From: Chrysomallon squamiferum
Taxonomy: Eukaryota; Animalia; Mollusca
Direction: 5' to 3'
NCBI GenBank assembly: GCA_012295275.1
Contig: CM022665.1
Span: 36,952,001 to 37,016,000, forward strand
Length of the DNA: 64,000 bases
Shown piece by piece: positions 26,913 to 39,156 of this stretch (the first letter of the stretch is position 1; each line of letters opens with the position of its first letter). Under the pieces are notes generated by a model, which was not told the DNA's origin, did no database searches, and saw nothing but the letters and a program-made list of their open reading frames with translations. A program made the translations under genes and the position numbers.

Positions 26913-29323
26913 CTGCTATATGAAAATAGTATAATTGTTACTTATATGTAAAGTAGTTGTATAAACCAAGTTTCTGAAATAAAATAATAACGATGAGAAT
27001 AAAAAATATTAAATAAAACAAATGTAAAAACCATGATGATGACGATGTTGATAAATATTATTATACAAAGGTCATGGTTTATGTACTGTTTGTGTAAGAT
27101 TTAACAGATTTCTTATTCTTAATCAATAATAACATAATCACTGGAATGATTATAGTTCATGTCAGAAATTATATTTTCGCAAAATTCATATACAGTTTTC
27201 ATTCATTTAGAGGAATGTACAGAGAGTATTTGCAATTATAATTTGTGTAAACTTTACTCATGTTTTAATTCATCTGTTTATATAAAGAGGAATTATTTAT
27301 TATATCGAGTTTATAATACAGTTAATAAAAGTAGTCTACTGATGGGCATTTTATATAGATATAGATATATTTTTGTAATACTCTGAAGATACATTAGACA
27401 CATGCGCGCGCACGCAAACATATACACGTGCTTGTAATGTCATGACTTTTTACAATAAACTAATTATATTTATATAGTCATAAATATATAAATACATACG
27501 TACTCAAATACATAAACATATCTAAATTTATACATACATACATTATGCTGATTTCGTTAAATAACTCCTTCTAAGTGGACGACAGTCAAAAAAAAAATAT
27601 ATATATATATATATATAAAATACTGCGTATAAAAGATCCATATCATGGCAAATGCGAATATATGGCTGGTATTTGCAAAGTTAGGACAACTTACTATTGA
27701 AGCGTACTGTAGGCATTATAACATTGATTTTCAAAGTCCAGCAACAGCTGCAGAAATTGAATTGTTGAAATTGTGATGTCGTGTCAGCAGCTTATTCACA
27801 TATAACTAATGATTTTTAGGAACTATTTTATTTATCGTTTCAAGACAAAATCCACGTTGCCTGCATTAGGTAAACTCATTTACCTGCTCCGCTGCAGTTT
27901 GACGGAAATAGCCAAGAAGTATGTCGGAACGTTGATCAGGCTTACTGCAGCTGGCGAAAAACAAATAATGTGATATCGGGTTTTAAAATAACAACAACAA
28001 AACAAACAAAAACAAACAAAAAAATCAAACCCAACTTCATACAGGAAGTGTGTCGTTTACTGAATCAGAATCCTGGATTAACTTGTGGATGATATTAAAG
28101 GTACATTTATATTTTAAATATGTCTGTCTCTCCACCTCTCTCTCTCTTTCTGTCTGTCTCACTCTCTCTATATATCTGTGTGTGTGTGTGTGTGTGTGTG
28201 TGTGCATGCGCGCGCGCGTATGTGTTTATGTGAATCTGACTCTTTCTATCGTTTTAATGTACAGTCGTACATAATTATAAATTAGTTTATGGGTGCACGC
28301 GCACACAAACAAATTTATAATACATTTACTTAATATATTAAAATAATACTCTTGAAATAAAGTACTAAAAAAGAAAAATGAGAAGAAAAAATAAAACTAC
28401 AGCAAAACTACGCAGTATCCACCACATGGTTCCAATACGTTAAATGATAAATGTGGGATAAAACATGATTCTCATCTTTAAGGTTTCATTCTGTCCAGTC
28501 GAAACTTAATTACAAGACTGTTTACCTTCTTTTGTCTCGCTTTCGCTATACAATTTCCATTCACCTCTTCAAGCTTATTTGCTATCTATTATCTGTGACA
28601 ATTTAAATTTATTTTCTGTATTCCATAAGGTTTCAGTAAGAATGGACAAGTTTTTATTCTGTTTGTAACAGCTTTGTCCTGAACCATTACATTTTGAAAA
28701 TTATTTTGTAATACGAGAAATGACCTACAGTTTTTATATATCGAAAAAAAAAAATGTATATATATATATACATATATGTATGTTTTATTTTATGTATGAA
28801 TTTTTAAATGTACTGTGTCACATGCATACTTATATTATCATATTATTATATATATGTATATTACATAGGCTACGACCAATATTGTGAACGTGTATAATTT
28901 TATTATGTTAAGTATTTTATTCTGCTCATTTCACATGATTAAATTTTAATTTAATTTTATATTTTATTTTATTATATTATATTATATTTTATTTTATTTT
29001 ATTTTATTTTATTAACGTTTAAGCTATGTTATATTGTTATTTAAATTATTTTATTATTGTCATTATTAATATATTTCTTCTTAGTTTATTTCTTTGCCTG
29101 TAAATAAAATTTATTCAGTTACGTTGCAAGACTATGTAGTGTTGAGTCACTTTGTAATTACATCGACATATTTTAAGAAGGAAATAAAAAGTTTTCCGGC
29201 AAAGGCCGTCTAATATATTTTAATTCAACATGAAACGGGAAATACATTTCTAAGCAGGATATGATTTTGTATTATTCAACTGTATTATAGCACTCTATAT
29301 GGAATGAATTTCATCATAAAGAA

Positions 29324-29366
<43 letters not shown>

Positions 29367-30740
29367 GTAATTAACAGAAAAATAAATACATTAAAATATA
29401 TAAGCGTTATAAAGTTTAATGAAACACAAATACATATAATGGTGTATTCATTTGTAATCAGTACTTCTGGTAATTTGTATTATTTATTTAAAACAATTTA
29501 AAAATTAAAAAATCCCTACACACTGGGCACCAGTCTATAAAATGAATAATGATAGGTTCATACATATATCAAGGCGCTCATATTACCCTTTTGAATTGTT
29601 TGATTGTTCATACTGTGCATATTCATAACACTGATTACTCCCAGTTCCGTCTTGGGTTCTATGACTTTTGTCTCAAAAACTTTTTTATGTGCTTTCTCGT
29701 CTATGGGAACAGGCATTAAAAAATAGCCATTACTAAAAACTCTTCCTTTTATGTTGAAATCGGATTTCCTTTCACCTTACAATTAATATAAAAACTACAT
29801 AGTTAACATCTAACACTTACGAGACGTCAGCTACGTGATTTTTGTTTTGAATTGCACCATGATGCATTCAGTTTACATTACACCCAGGAATCTATAAGTC
29901 TATTCTGAAGAACTTTCATAAAGAGTTATATAGCTGTATGTTTACAAAATCTTATTTATGCAGAAAAAATCTTCTGGAACATTCGATGCTGCTCTTCGGA
30001 ATATCTGTTTGTAACAGGTGGTACAACAAATGCGTCTTTACAACAGTAAGATCGAACTATTTTATAGATCGCTGCTTAAAAGATTTTAGTTCTGATAATT
30101 TTGCTAGTCTACTACACAGTACGGTACATTACCTCTTCAATACACTCTCTCAACGTCATGTGGCAGGGTAACGGGGGATCCTCGCATTCACATTTCCACG
30201 TGAAGGAAACAATATGGGATTTTGAAAAATAGGTACAGTTTGTTTTTAAAATATTTAAGACATTGCAAAATCACACAGTCTTCATCTTATCTTAAATAGA
30301 TTTTCATTTCATTTCTCAATAATCTTAACTACAGTAGGGAAATATTTTGGACTACGAATATCTTATTTGTTTGTTGCTTTGTTTTATTATTATTATTTGA
30401 TAGTTTTCTTCTTCTTTAAGTGTGTGTGTGTGGTTCGATAGAACAATTTTTAAGAGGTTATATTTAATATATCACAAGTTTACTTTTTAATTTTTAAAAT
30501 TATTTATTTGTTATTGTTTTGTTTTTTTAACTTAGTTGTACCAGTGTTTTATTGTAAATTGCTGTTAACGTAATGAATATGTCTCTCTGCAAAATTTTAA
30601 TTACATATAAAGCATTTAACCTGTTGTAACGGTTGTCACATTTTGAACGATATAATCATACACCATAATATGTGTATGTTTGTATGTACGTTTGTGTGTA
30701 TGCATGAATCTGTATATGTATATTTGTGTGTGTGTTTATG

Positions 30741-30772
<32 letters not shown>

Positions 30773-30854
30773 TGTATATGTGTATGTATCTATCTGTTTA
30801 TCTGTTTATCTATTTTAATTGTTTATTTCTAGTTTTGTTTTTTCAGAGATCACA

Positions 30855-33765
30855 ATGGTTTCTGTTATGTTACTGATACAGCTGGTATCGTTATTGATAT
30901 CTCTCACTGTAACCGACAGTTGTACGACCGTTCCTGTTTTGTCTACTAAAAGATTAATTTTCTTTAAGACATTTAACAGCAGCATCCCCGAGACACAAAC
31001 ATACTTACAAATACCTATACTCCGCAGCCAAAAATTATGTGCAGAAAGTTGTTGCAACGTCTTAAAAGGTAACGAATGTTGGTTTCTGTAATCTGCACAA
31101 AGGCCAAATTTAAAAATATTTATTTATTTATTTATTTAACACTGTTACACATAATTATTATAAGATTGTAATTGGAAACAGTCATATATTTATAAGAATA
31201 TTTATGGATGCGTATTTTTTTTGGGTGGTGTGTGCGCTTCTGTGCAATATCGGATTAAACCAAGTGGGGCTTTTAAATCAGACTCACAAAGTTAAAGTTA
31301 ATTCTTATTAACGATTTTGTTACATGTGTCATGTAGCCTGCAAACATCTTAATCTGGAATTGCATGCATGTTTCTGTGTGTATAGATAAATGAATACATG
31401 TATATGTGGGTGGGTGCGTGTGCATGTGTTTGAGAGAATGAATGTTTATATATCTATTAGAAATGTATCGTAATCAATGAATTAAAGTTAAAAGTTTTTA
31501 AAGATGAAATAAATTATTATTCTCTTCCATTAGTGTAGATGATTTTGTGAATTTAATAGATTTCTGTGTCACTTTTCTTTTAAAGATAAATGTCGAATGG
31601 CAATGTTCAGAAGAAATGCAGCTGCACAACAGCCGAACTGTTTTTTACTTCTTTGCGACTCCAGTACAAAGTGTCGAGTTGAAAAGACCACGATAGAAGA
31701 AAATATGATTCTAAATTTTGTTAGCAGGTTTTCCAATAATAGATACAGAGTCAAAAGAGAAGTAACTAATAATAGTGTATCTTCTACTACAGTAATGTCT
31801 CCAACATTGAAACCAGAAACAAAACAAACCAACCAGCAAAACACCTTGAAATCATCTTCAACTAGCATGCCGATGTTGACATCCACACCGTCAACTACAG
31901 CAGCGACCAGTAGCATGCATCGGACAACTACCAAAGGACAAAGTACCTTTCCAACTCCTGTTCAGTTTAATTCCAGCAAACCGCTGAATTCAACTACAAG
32001 TGTTACAAAGTCTGTTACATTTTCTGTTACCAATTCTGCTACTGGTTCATCAGGAACCACAACGCAGATTAACACTACAAAATTAACAGGCGTCGTCGAC
32101 GCCTAGTAATAGTGCAGACGAAATCTTACCTACACTACCACCTCCAAGAACAATAACAAATATTCAGGAAGCACATTTTCCAGAAAACGTCTCAAGCCAA
32201 CAGACGACATCTGTGAAAGAAACTCCCGTGACATCTCAGGATTTAAATGTGAATGTGAGCACCACGTCTTTTAAAGTTACAAACGTTACGAAAGGAAATG
32301 AAGCAAATGTCACTAGTAATAATACAACGATTATACATCCAGAGACGCCAACGACAACAGTAACTGCTGCAGCAACAACGAAAGAAATTAAACCTACCAC
32401 ACAATCTACAACAGCGACACAATCTGTAACAGCGGTAAAATCTACAACAGCGGCACCGTCTACAACAGCAACAACAGCAAATACCACGCAATCTACTACA
32501 ACATTGTCAACAATATCGTCTACAATAATTCACCCTACAGAATCGAAAAATAATACAACGGTTAACGTCACCATTTCTCACAAATCGACTCCAACAACGT
32601 CGATATCATCCAATAACCAAACAGTGTCTCACAGCAGTGGTCAGCCAGTTTCAGCATCAAACAGTACAGTCTTGAGCACGACAAACGGTAACATTTTAAT
32701 GTTAACATTTTTATAAATAAAAAAATTATTAATTATAAGAAACCTTTAAATAACAGTGTATCATTAACCATCATTGATTTTTCCCATTCACTGGACAGTG
32801 AATTTGGACCAGAAAACCGTATGTTATCTCAAGAAAGAAGTAAGCTCGTCTATAATTCTGTATAAAATTAGACCTAGCCCGCATTAAAACCTTCTTTGTC
32901 TTTAGTTTCACATATTCCTGAGCAAACCCACTGGATCAGTTGCTGTCAGCCAATATCAAACAATTGGTTTACCATAGTCCACCTTTTTTTTCTGTCTGTG
33001 GGAAGGTATATATAAAAGTTGCATTGCTGCTAAAAATAAATAAATAAACAAATTAAAATAATAATAATAATAATAATAATAGTGGATAGTCCACTACGTG
33101 GTGGTGAAGGATTTCTTTTCACATTATCCGTATGGTCCTTAATCATAATTAGGTATGTATGATGCCTTATAAATATAGATTAAAAAATAATTTAGATAGA
33201 CAACTCAACCTCCAGAATAATGTTCCCTGAATGCATGGTATTCATCCTTCAAATATGTATGTATTCACTGATAGACTTCCTCTGCCAACCCACAACTGAG
33301 CTGTTACATTCTTTCATCCAGTTAAATTAAATTATGGCTTAGAATCTGCATTTTGTAAGTTACACTTGGTTATTGAAAACGTATCTGTTACAGACCAAGA
33401 GCACGTGCATTATATTTGTAATTACAGAGCAGCTTATAATACGACTAATTGTTCAGTAGTGTATATATTATACTGTTGGAACATAATTATACAGTTGTTT
33501 ATGAATTTTAGAATAAATAAATCATAGCATGTATCTTTTTATTAATTTCTTTACAGGTAATGTGACAGAAATGTCAAACGGAACTTTCCTGTTTGCAGCT
33601 ACTGCGGTTGACAAAAGGTTGATCGTGGTTCTTGTTGGCGCCCTCTCAGTGGGTTTGATATTTTTCATCGCAGTTGTAGCCCTTGTGGGTAGAAGACTGT
33701 ATGAGAGCTGGCAGAGAAGACATTATTCCAGAATCGATTATCTCGTTAACGGGATGTATAATTAG
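30855..33765 (+). CDS. MANSC-domain, Ser/Thr-rich mucin-stalk type I membrane protein (MANSC1/C11orf24 family)
   Basis: Exons 30855-31068, 31586-32687, 33557-33765. Signal peptide MVSVMLLIQLVSLLISLTVT; seven-Cys pattern C...CAESCC...C...NCFLLLC...C; long T/S-rich stalk; TM LIVVLVGALSVGLIFFIAVVALVG; tail RRHYSRIDYLVNGMYN* resembling the YSRLDYLING/YTQVDYLINGMY tails of MANSC1/C11orf24. One extra base at ~32089-32090. Confidence 0.88.
32900..33190 (+). mobile_element. Degenerate SINE-like interspersed repeat in the last intron of the MANSC gene
   Basis: Core TGTCTGTGGGAAGGTATATATAAAAGTTGCATTGCTGCTA followed by GTATGGTCCTTAATCATA and an A-rich end. A related inverted copy lies at ~41080-41125. 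Resemblance to a common gastropod SINE is from memory; boundaries are approximate. Confidence 0.55.
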
Positions 33766-35019
33766 GCACGTCAGCTTAAAATAGGGTTCAAAAAGATAAA
33801 CGATAAATATATCCGGGGCAAAGTTCCGATTGTTCCTTAACCCATGTCAGATAACAAAATACCGACACCATTAAGCATTCATTCCAGGATAAAATTTTAC
33901 GACTTCTAAATTTATCCATGATTTTTATGCATCAGTATCCTTTATTGTTTGAAGGATAGCCATCCAAATGCGGGAAATTCGCAGATATTAGCCATATTTG
34001 AATTAATTCACATTATTGGTAAATGTGAACAAATATATTGGCATTTTATTTATTATTTTGTAGTCTTCGTTGTAAATAAGTCCCTGGCACTGTCTCCCCA
34101 ACCCATAAATAATGTTAAAACCAGCAAAATGGTTATGACAACAACAATAACAAAATACATGTAAAATCGAGTAATTAAATAACATGGTGATAATGAGTAC
34201 AGGAATTTAACCAGTACAACAGTCGTTTTCATTTAATAAATTATTTATGGTAATTACCACAAATAAGTATGATAGAGCGAACCTTATTATTCATCCGAGA
34301 AACTACACTAAAAGTGAGATCTAAAGCTTTAGAAATAAAAACTTCAAAATATGGAATACTACTTGTAATTAGTATAATTTGGTGATGGATTAAAAATAAT
34401 AATAAACTGGATTATTGTGATTATGATGTTCTTTAAATAATTGAAAATGGTTGAAATATAGGCTCTATATAATGATTATAATAATCTGCTATCACCTGTG
34501 TATTTCCATTATGTCAGCAACATTTTCACAATAAAAAAACCTCATGTATTATTTATTTATTTTCTTTCTTTCTTTTTCTAAAAACCTTCACAGAAATCAC
34601 ATCACTGCACAATCTTGTCTTCATACTTTTCTATTGATTTTGCATGATTCATCAAAATCATTATCTGTTGCAAGATTGAAATGTAGACTTACGTGAATGA
34701 ATCACTCTGTGTAGTGATTGCTATAGCATCAGAGCATCAGATGGGTTAATATATTTAAAAAGTAATAAATAAATAAATAATATATAATAATAATAATAAC
34801 AATAACTTTATAAAAAATAATATTAAAAACAAATGTTGTATAGAAAATGGATAGGTGCAGAACTTACACAAGCAATCACCAGTGGTGTAAAATGTCCACC
34901 CAAACCTGCGGAAATCTGCTCTTCTTTTTTTTCGAAATATATTTTCGTCCCCCACCCCAACCCCGAAAACTTTTTTTTTTTTTTTTTTTCAATTTAAGTT
35001 TTTAAACTTATAACACATC

Positions 35020-35983
35020 TGAAGCTGAACCGAACGAAATGGACCGGTTGTGAAGGGAACGAAAATGGAAAATTACTGTGGTGTGTCTGCGCATCGTTTT
35101 CGCGTTGCTGCAGTTTTGTGCTGTTTGAAATTTTGCTCTATTTTTTTTTTTTTTTTTTTTTTCTTCCTCTCAAAGCCTGCTGACACCCCTGATGTACACA
35201 GTAATAATATAAAAACTACATGTTTTTTTCAAGGTTTTTTTTTTAGGGTTTTTTTCAGTCTTTCAACATAAAATGGCTTTGTTTATAAAGTAAATAATAA
35301 TAATAATGGCGGATAACAATTCTTTTAAACATATTTTAATTTATTCCATACTGAAACGCAGTCCATCTTTGCTATAATCAACACAACAAAACAGCTATAT
35401 TAACAAAACAAAACAGAATTATGTTTTAAATATATATATTAAATTAACTATGTTGAGTATTTTTTTAAAATATTTTTAATATAAATTATATAAAACTTTT
35501 CTTTTCCTAAAAAGTTGTTTCTTGTTACTTATTAATACTTACTTTAATAAATAAAGGTTACACTTAAAGAATAAAAAAGAGCAAATGTATCTCAGCTGAA
35601 TCATATTTGTTTTGAATGAACTGATCCGAATTCTTTTTTTTTTTTTTTTTTTTTTTTTATTATTATTACTATTGTACATTTTTTTTTTTAAACTGTAACA
35701 TTTTATATTGCCAAGTGTTGATGTTTCCTTTACCAAAGGTTTCGGAAAGACAGTTATTAGCGGAGGATGTAACATCCATTAAAAAGAAAAAAAAATTGTG
35801 AGAAGACCACAGGTTAATGTGTACTGAAGTTATACATTTTTTTATAAGACTGTAATGCAGTATTTCATGAAGCTGAAACGAAATGGACCGGTTGTGAAGG
35901 AAAATTACTGTGGTATGTCTGCGCATCGTTTTTGCGCGTTGCTGCATACAGCGATCATTTTTGTTCTACTTGAAATTTTCCGA

Positions 35984-36018
<35 letters not shown>

Positions 36019-36563
36019 CTTCTGCCTGTTGACATCCCTGACACACACTCACGCATAAAAAAGAACAATGTTTTATCAGTAATTGTATTTTTTTTTTTTT
36101 TTTTTTTTTTTTCAACTTTCAACATGAAATGGTTTTGTGTTTATAAACTAAAAAAAAAAAAAAAAAAAAAAACGAGAAATAAATTGTCGATAAATGTAAA
36201 GCTAATATTTCTGGAAACTATCGTTTTAAACATTTTTATTTATACCATATTATTGAAATATAGTCCATATTAGCTATCTAATACAATTAACAAAACAAAA
36301 AATTATGGGGTTTAATGATTTTTTTTTTTTTTTTTTTTTTTTAAATAATTATGTAAAGTATTTTTTGTTAAATATTTTAAATATAAAACATTAAAAACTT
36401 CTCTTTTTTCCTCCTATAAAGTTGAAGGTTTTTTTTTATTATTATTATTTATTTATTAATACCTATTTGTAAAATGGCTGTAATAAATAAAAGTAACACT
36501 TTAAACGAAAAAAGAGCAAATGGATATCAAATCAATCATATTCGTTTTGAATGAACTGATTAC

Positions 36564-36594
<31 letters not shown>

Positions 36595-36890
36595 CAATAT
36601 AAGTATAATGTTGATTCTGTAAATCAACATTTCAGTAATTTTATTATTTTTGTTATTGATTTTTATTTTTATTTTATTTTATTTTATTATTTATTTATTT
36701 TTTATTTTTATTTTTTATTTTATTTTATTTTTTGAACGTTAATATATTATACTGCCTTACAGCGATATTTCTTTTACTCAGAATTTCAGACTGACATTTA
36801 TTAGTGGAGGATGTTATAGCCACTGAAAAGAAATATTTTGGTGAGAAGACTACAGGTTAATAATGTGGACTGAAGGTATACATTTATATT
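35020..36890. repeat. Diverged tandem duplication, two units of ~0.85 and ~1.0 kb (about 35020-35868 and 35869-36890)
   Basis: Collinear shared blocks: CGAAATGGACCGGTTGTGAAGG, AAAATTACTGTGGT(G/A)TGTCTGCGCATCGTTTT, CTTTCAACAT(A/G)AAATGG, AAAAAGAGCAAATG, GTTTTGAATGAACTGAT, GGAGGATGT, GTGAGAAGAC(C/T)ACAGGTTAAT. Confidence 0.9.
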
Positions 36891-38087
36891 TTTAATTTTT
36901 TATTGAGATAAGCAAAGGCAAACATGTTAATACATCAAGGAATAAAACTAAAAATATTAAGAAAATAGTAAAATAATTTATTAACAATAAATGTTCACAA
37001 AAAAGAAATAGTCAAACAGTAATAATATTCTCTGGAATTGCCATTGTCAACCTTTTCTTGGAGGAAGGCAGTCATTTTAAAAGCTTTTCTAAGGTTCTAT
37101 GGCCTTCTGTCAAACAAGGATTCAGTATGAACAAAATAGAAACCCCTTTCTCACATTGTTCAGTTTCTGGCCCCCATCTAATGTGCAAGGGCCCTTACAG
37201 GTGGAGATGTTTTTTTGTAACTCTTTGTTTTACATCTTTTATTTTGTATACTAAAATCTTTGATATTAGATTAAAAAACATGTTGGTATGTTTTAGAATA
37301 GCAGATACAAGCTAATATTTTAAGCCTGAATGCACTATACCGTAATAAAACAATTTAATTACCCATTGTAATAATATATGTATCGGACTGAATATATAAG
37401 CATTTAGGGGAGAAATAAAGGTTGTCAGCATACTTTGGTGATGAAGCCTAAATGTACATACTGTGTCATCATAAATAATGTTAAAATTAAACATCAATAT
37501 TTCAAATTTAATGACAAGCCCACTCAATGATTCCTTTGAGGTGTGGTGAAAGAATGCTAATGATAAAAAATATTTTGAAAATTCTCATCTTAACTAAACA
37601 ATGTACCCAGACCATGTGAAAAGTATTACCTTTATAATGTTAATAAATTTGTTAATAGTCTTTATCAAAAGGAATCTTAACTAAACATTTTGGGAAAAAT
37701 GTTTGTTGATTATATCAGTAATACTTAGTTGACAGCCTTTTCCAAAAGGGCGTCTGCAAAATCACATTCCAGATATTAAAAATATTAATAGCTGTGTTAA
37801 CAGTCACTGTCAAAAGGAACCCTTGCTTAAAGTGGTTCTACAAAATGCCAAATTGTCCCATGGACACTTCTGATGGATTGAAAGAATAATTATTTTGCAT
37901 TCTCTCCTATCTTTCACTCAGTGTACACTATAAAACAAAATTCTTGAGTCTTAAAGGAAAGCAGGAAAGGAATAGGGGGTGGTGACTTTAAAACATTTTG
38001 GTAAACACTTTAATGATAAAAAATAAGAAACAAAGTTTATTGCTTTAATACAAATTATAAACTTCGACCTTTGAAAAGATATCAGTA

Positions 38088-39110
38088 CTACACAATTCTG
38101 TCACTGTCTGGCTCTATGATACAGGCTGGCTTTAAACGTGACTCTTTGTAAATTACTGCTTTGGCTTTTGGTGGAGTTCTGAAAGTGATTTTTTCTTCAA
38201 TTGTTTCATCTGTATCTTTATTTGAATGAAGTCTGAAAAAACAATGTGTTTAAACAATTCTTTTAAAATACTATATATATACATATTATCATACAATAGT
38301 TACTTGTGCTACTACAAACCAACAACATGACATATTTTAATTAACTTTGTGCATGTGAAATACTATTAATGTCCAAAAATTAAAAGTCTTCACAACTAAA
38401 TTATAACACACCCAAGCTTGGTTTGATGAATATTGTTTATGTGCTACATTTTGGACTCACCTTGATTTGTTTATGCAGATGACTCCAATACAAATGATTC
38501 CACTAAGAAAGATAAATCCTGCAGTAACAGAAAGTGGTTTGGTAAATATGCCAAGTTTTTTAGCAGCTATGGCTGCCATTCTTCGATACTTCAACATCAC
38601 ACGATGTATAGCTCTAGAGTTGTTGTGTGCTAGTCTGAAATATCAGTATTTTATTTTATATAAACTTTATAAAGGTTTATGTTTGTAGTTATTCTGATAA
38701 TAATTACAATTATTTATTAACCCATATCTCCAGATATTTCCAAAATTAGTTGCTTATTAATCTAAATCAGTATTTTATTTCCCAGAAATTTTAAAGATAC
38801 AGCAAGTTTTATTGTTATTATCTATTTTCATCTTTGAAAACACACTGTTACTGAATAACATTAAATTTATAAAATTTTACCTTAACATTTCAATTGCAGA
38901 AACTGGTTTGGTTGTATTTGTAACAGATATGTATAGCTCTGAGCTGAATATTAATAACAAGAACAACAACATCAATAATAATGATACTGTAAACTATAAT
39001 AGGTTTTAAAACCCAACTAACCACCTAAATTTCAAAACATCAGCAATATGTTTCCACCCAGCATAAAGTACATTTCAGTCTTAATTTAAATATTCTACTC
39101 TCATTTCTAA

Positions 39111-39156
<46 letters not shown>

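Noticed and set aside
31569-32491. Val-rich and Cys-rich (metallothionein-looking) minus-strand ORFs
   Set aside because: Antisense shadows of the Thr-rich ACA/ACN codons of the mucin stalk.
37725-37850. Two short hairpins followed by ACA (H/ACA-like)
   Set aside because: Stems too short, no clear H box, and not intronic.
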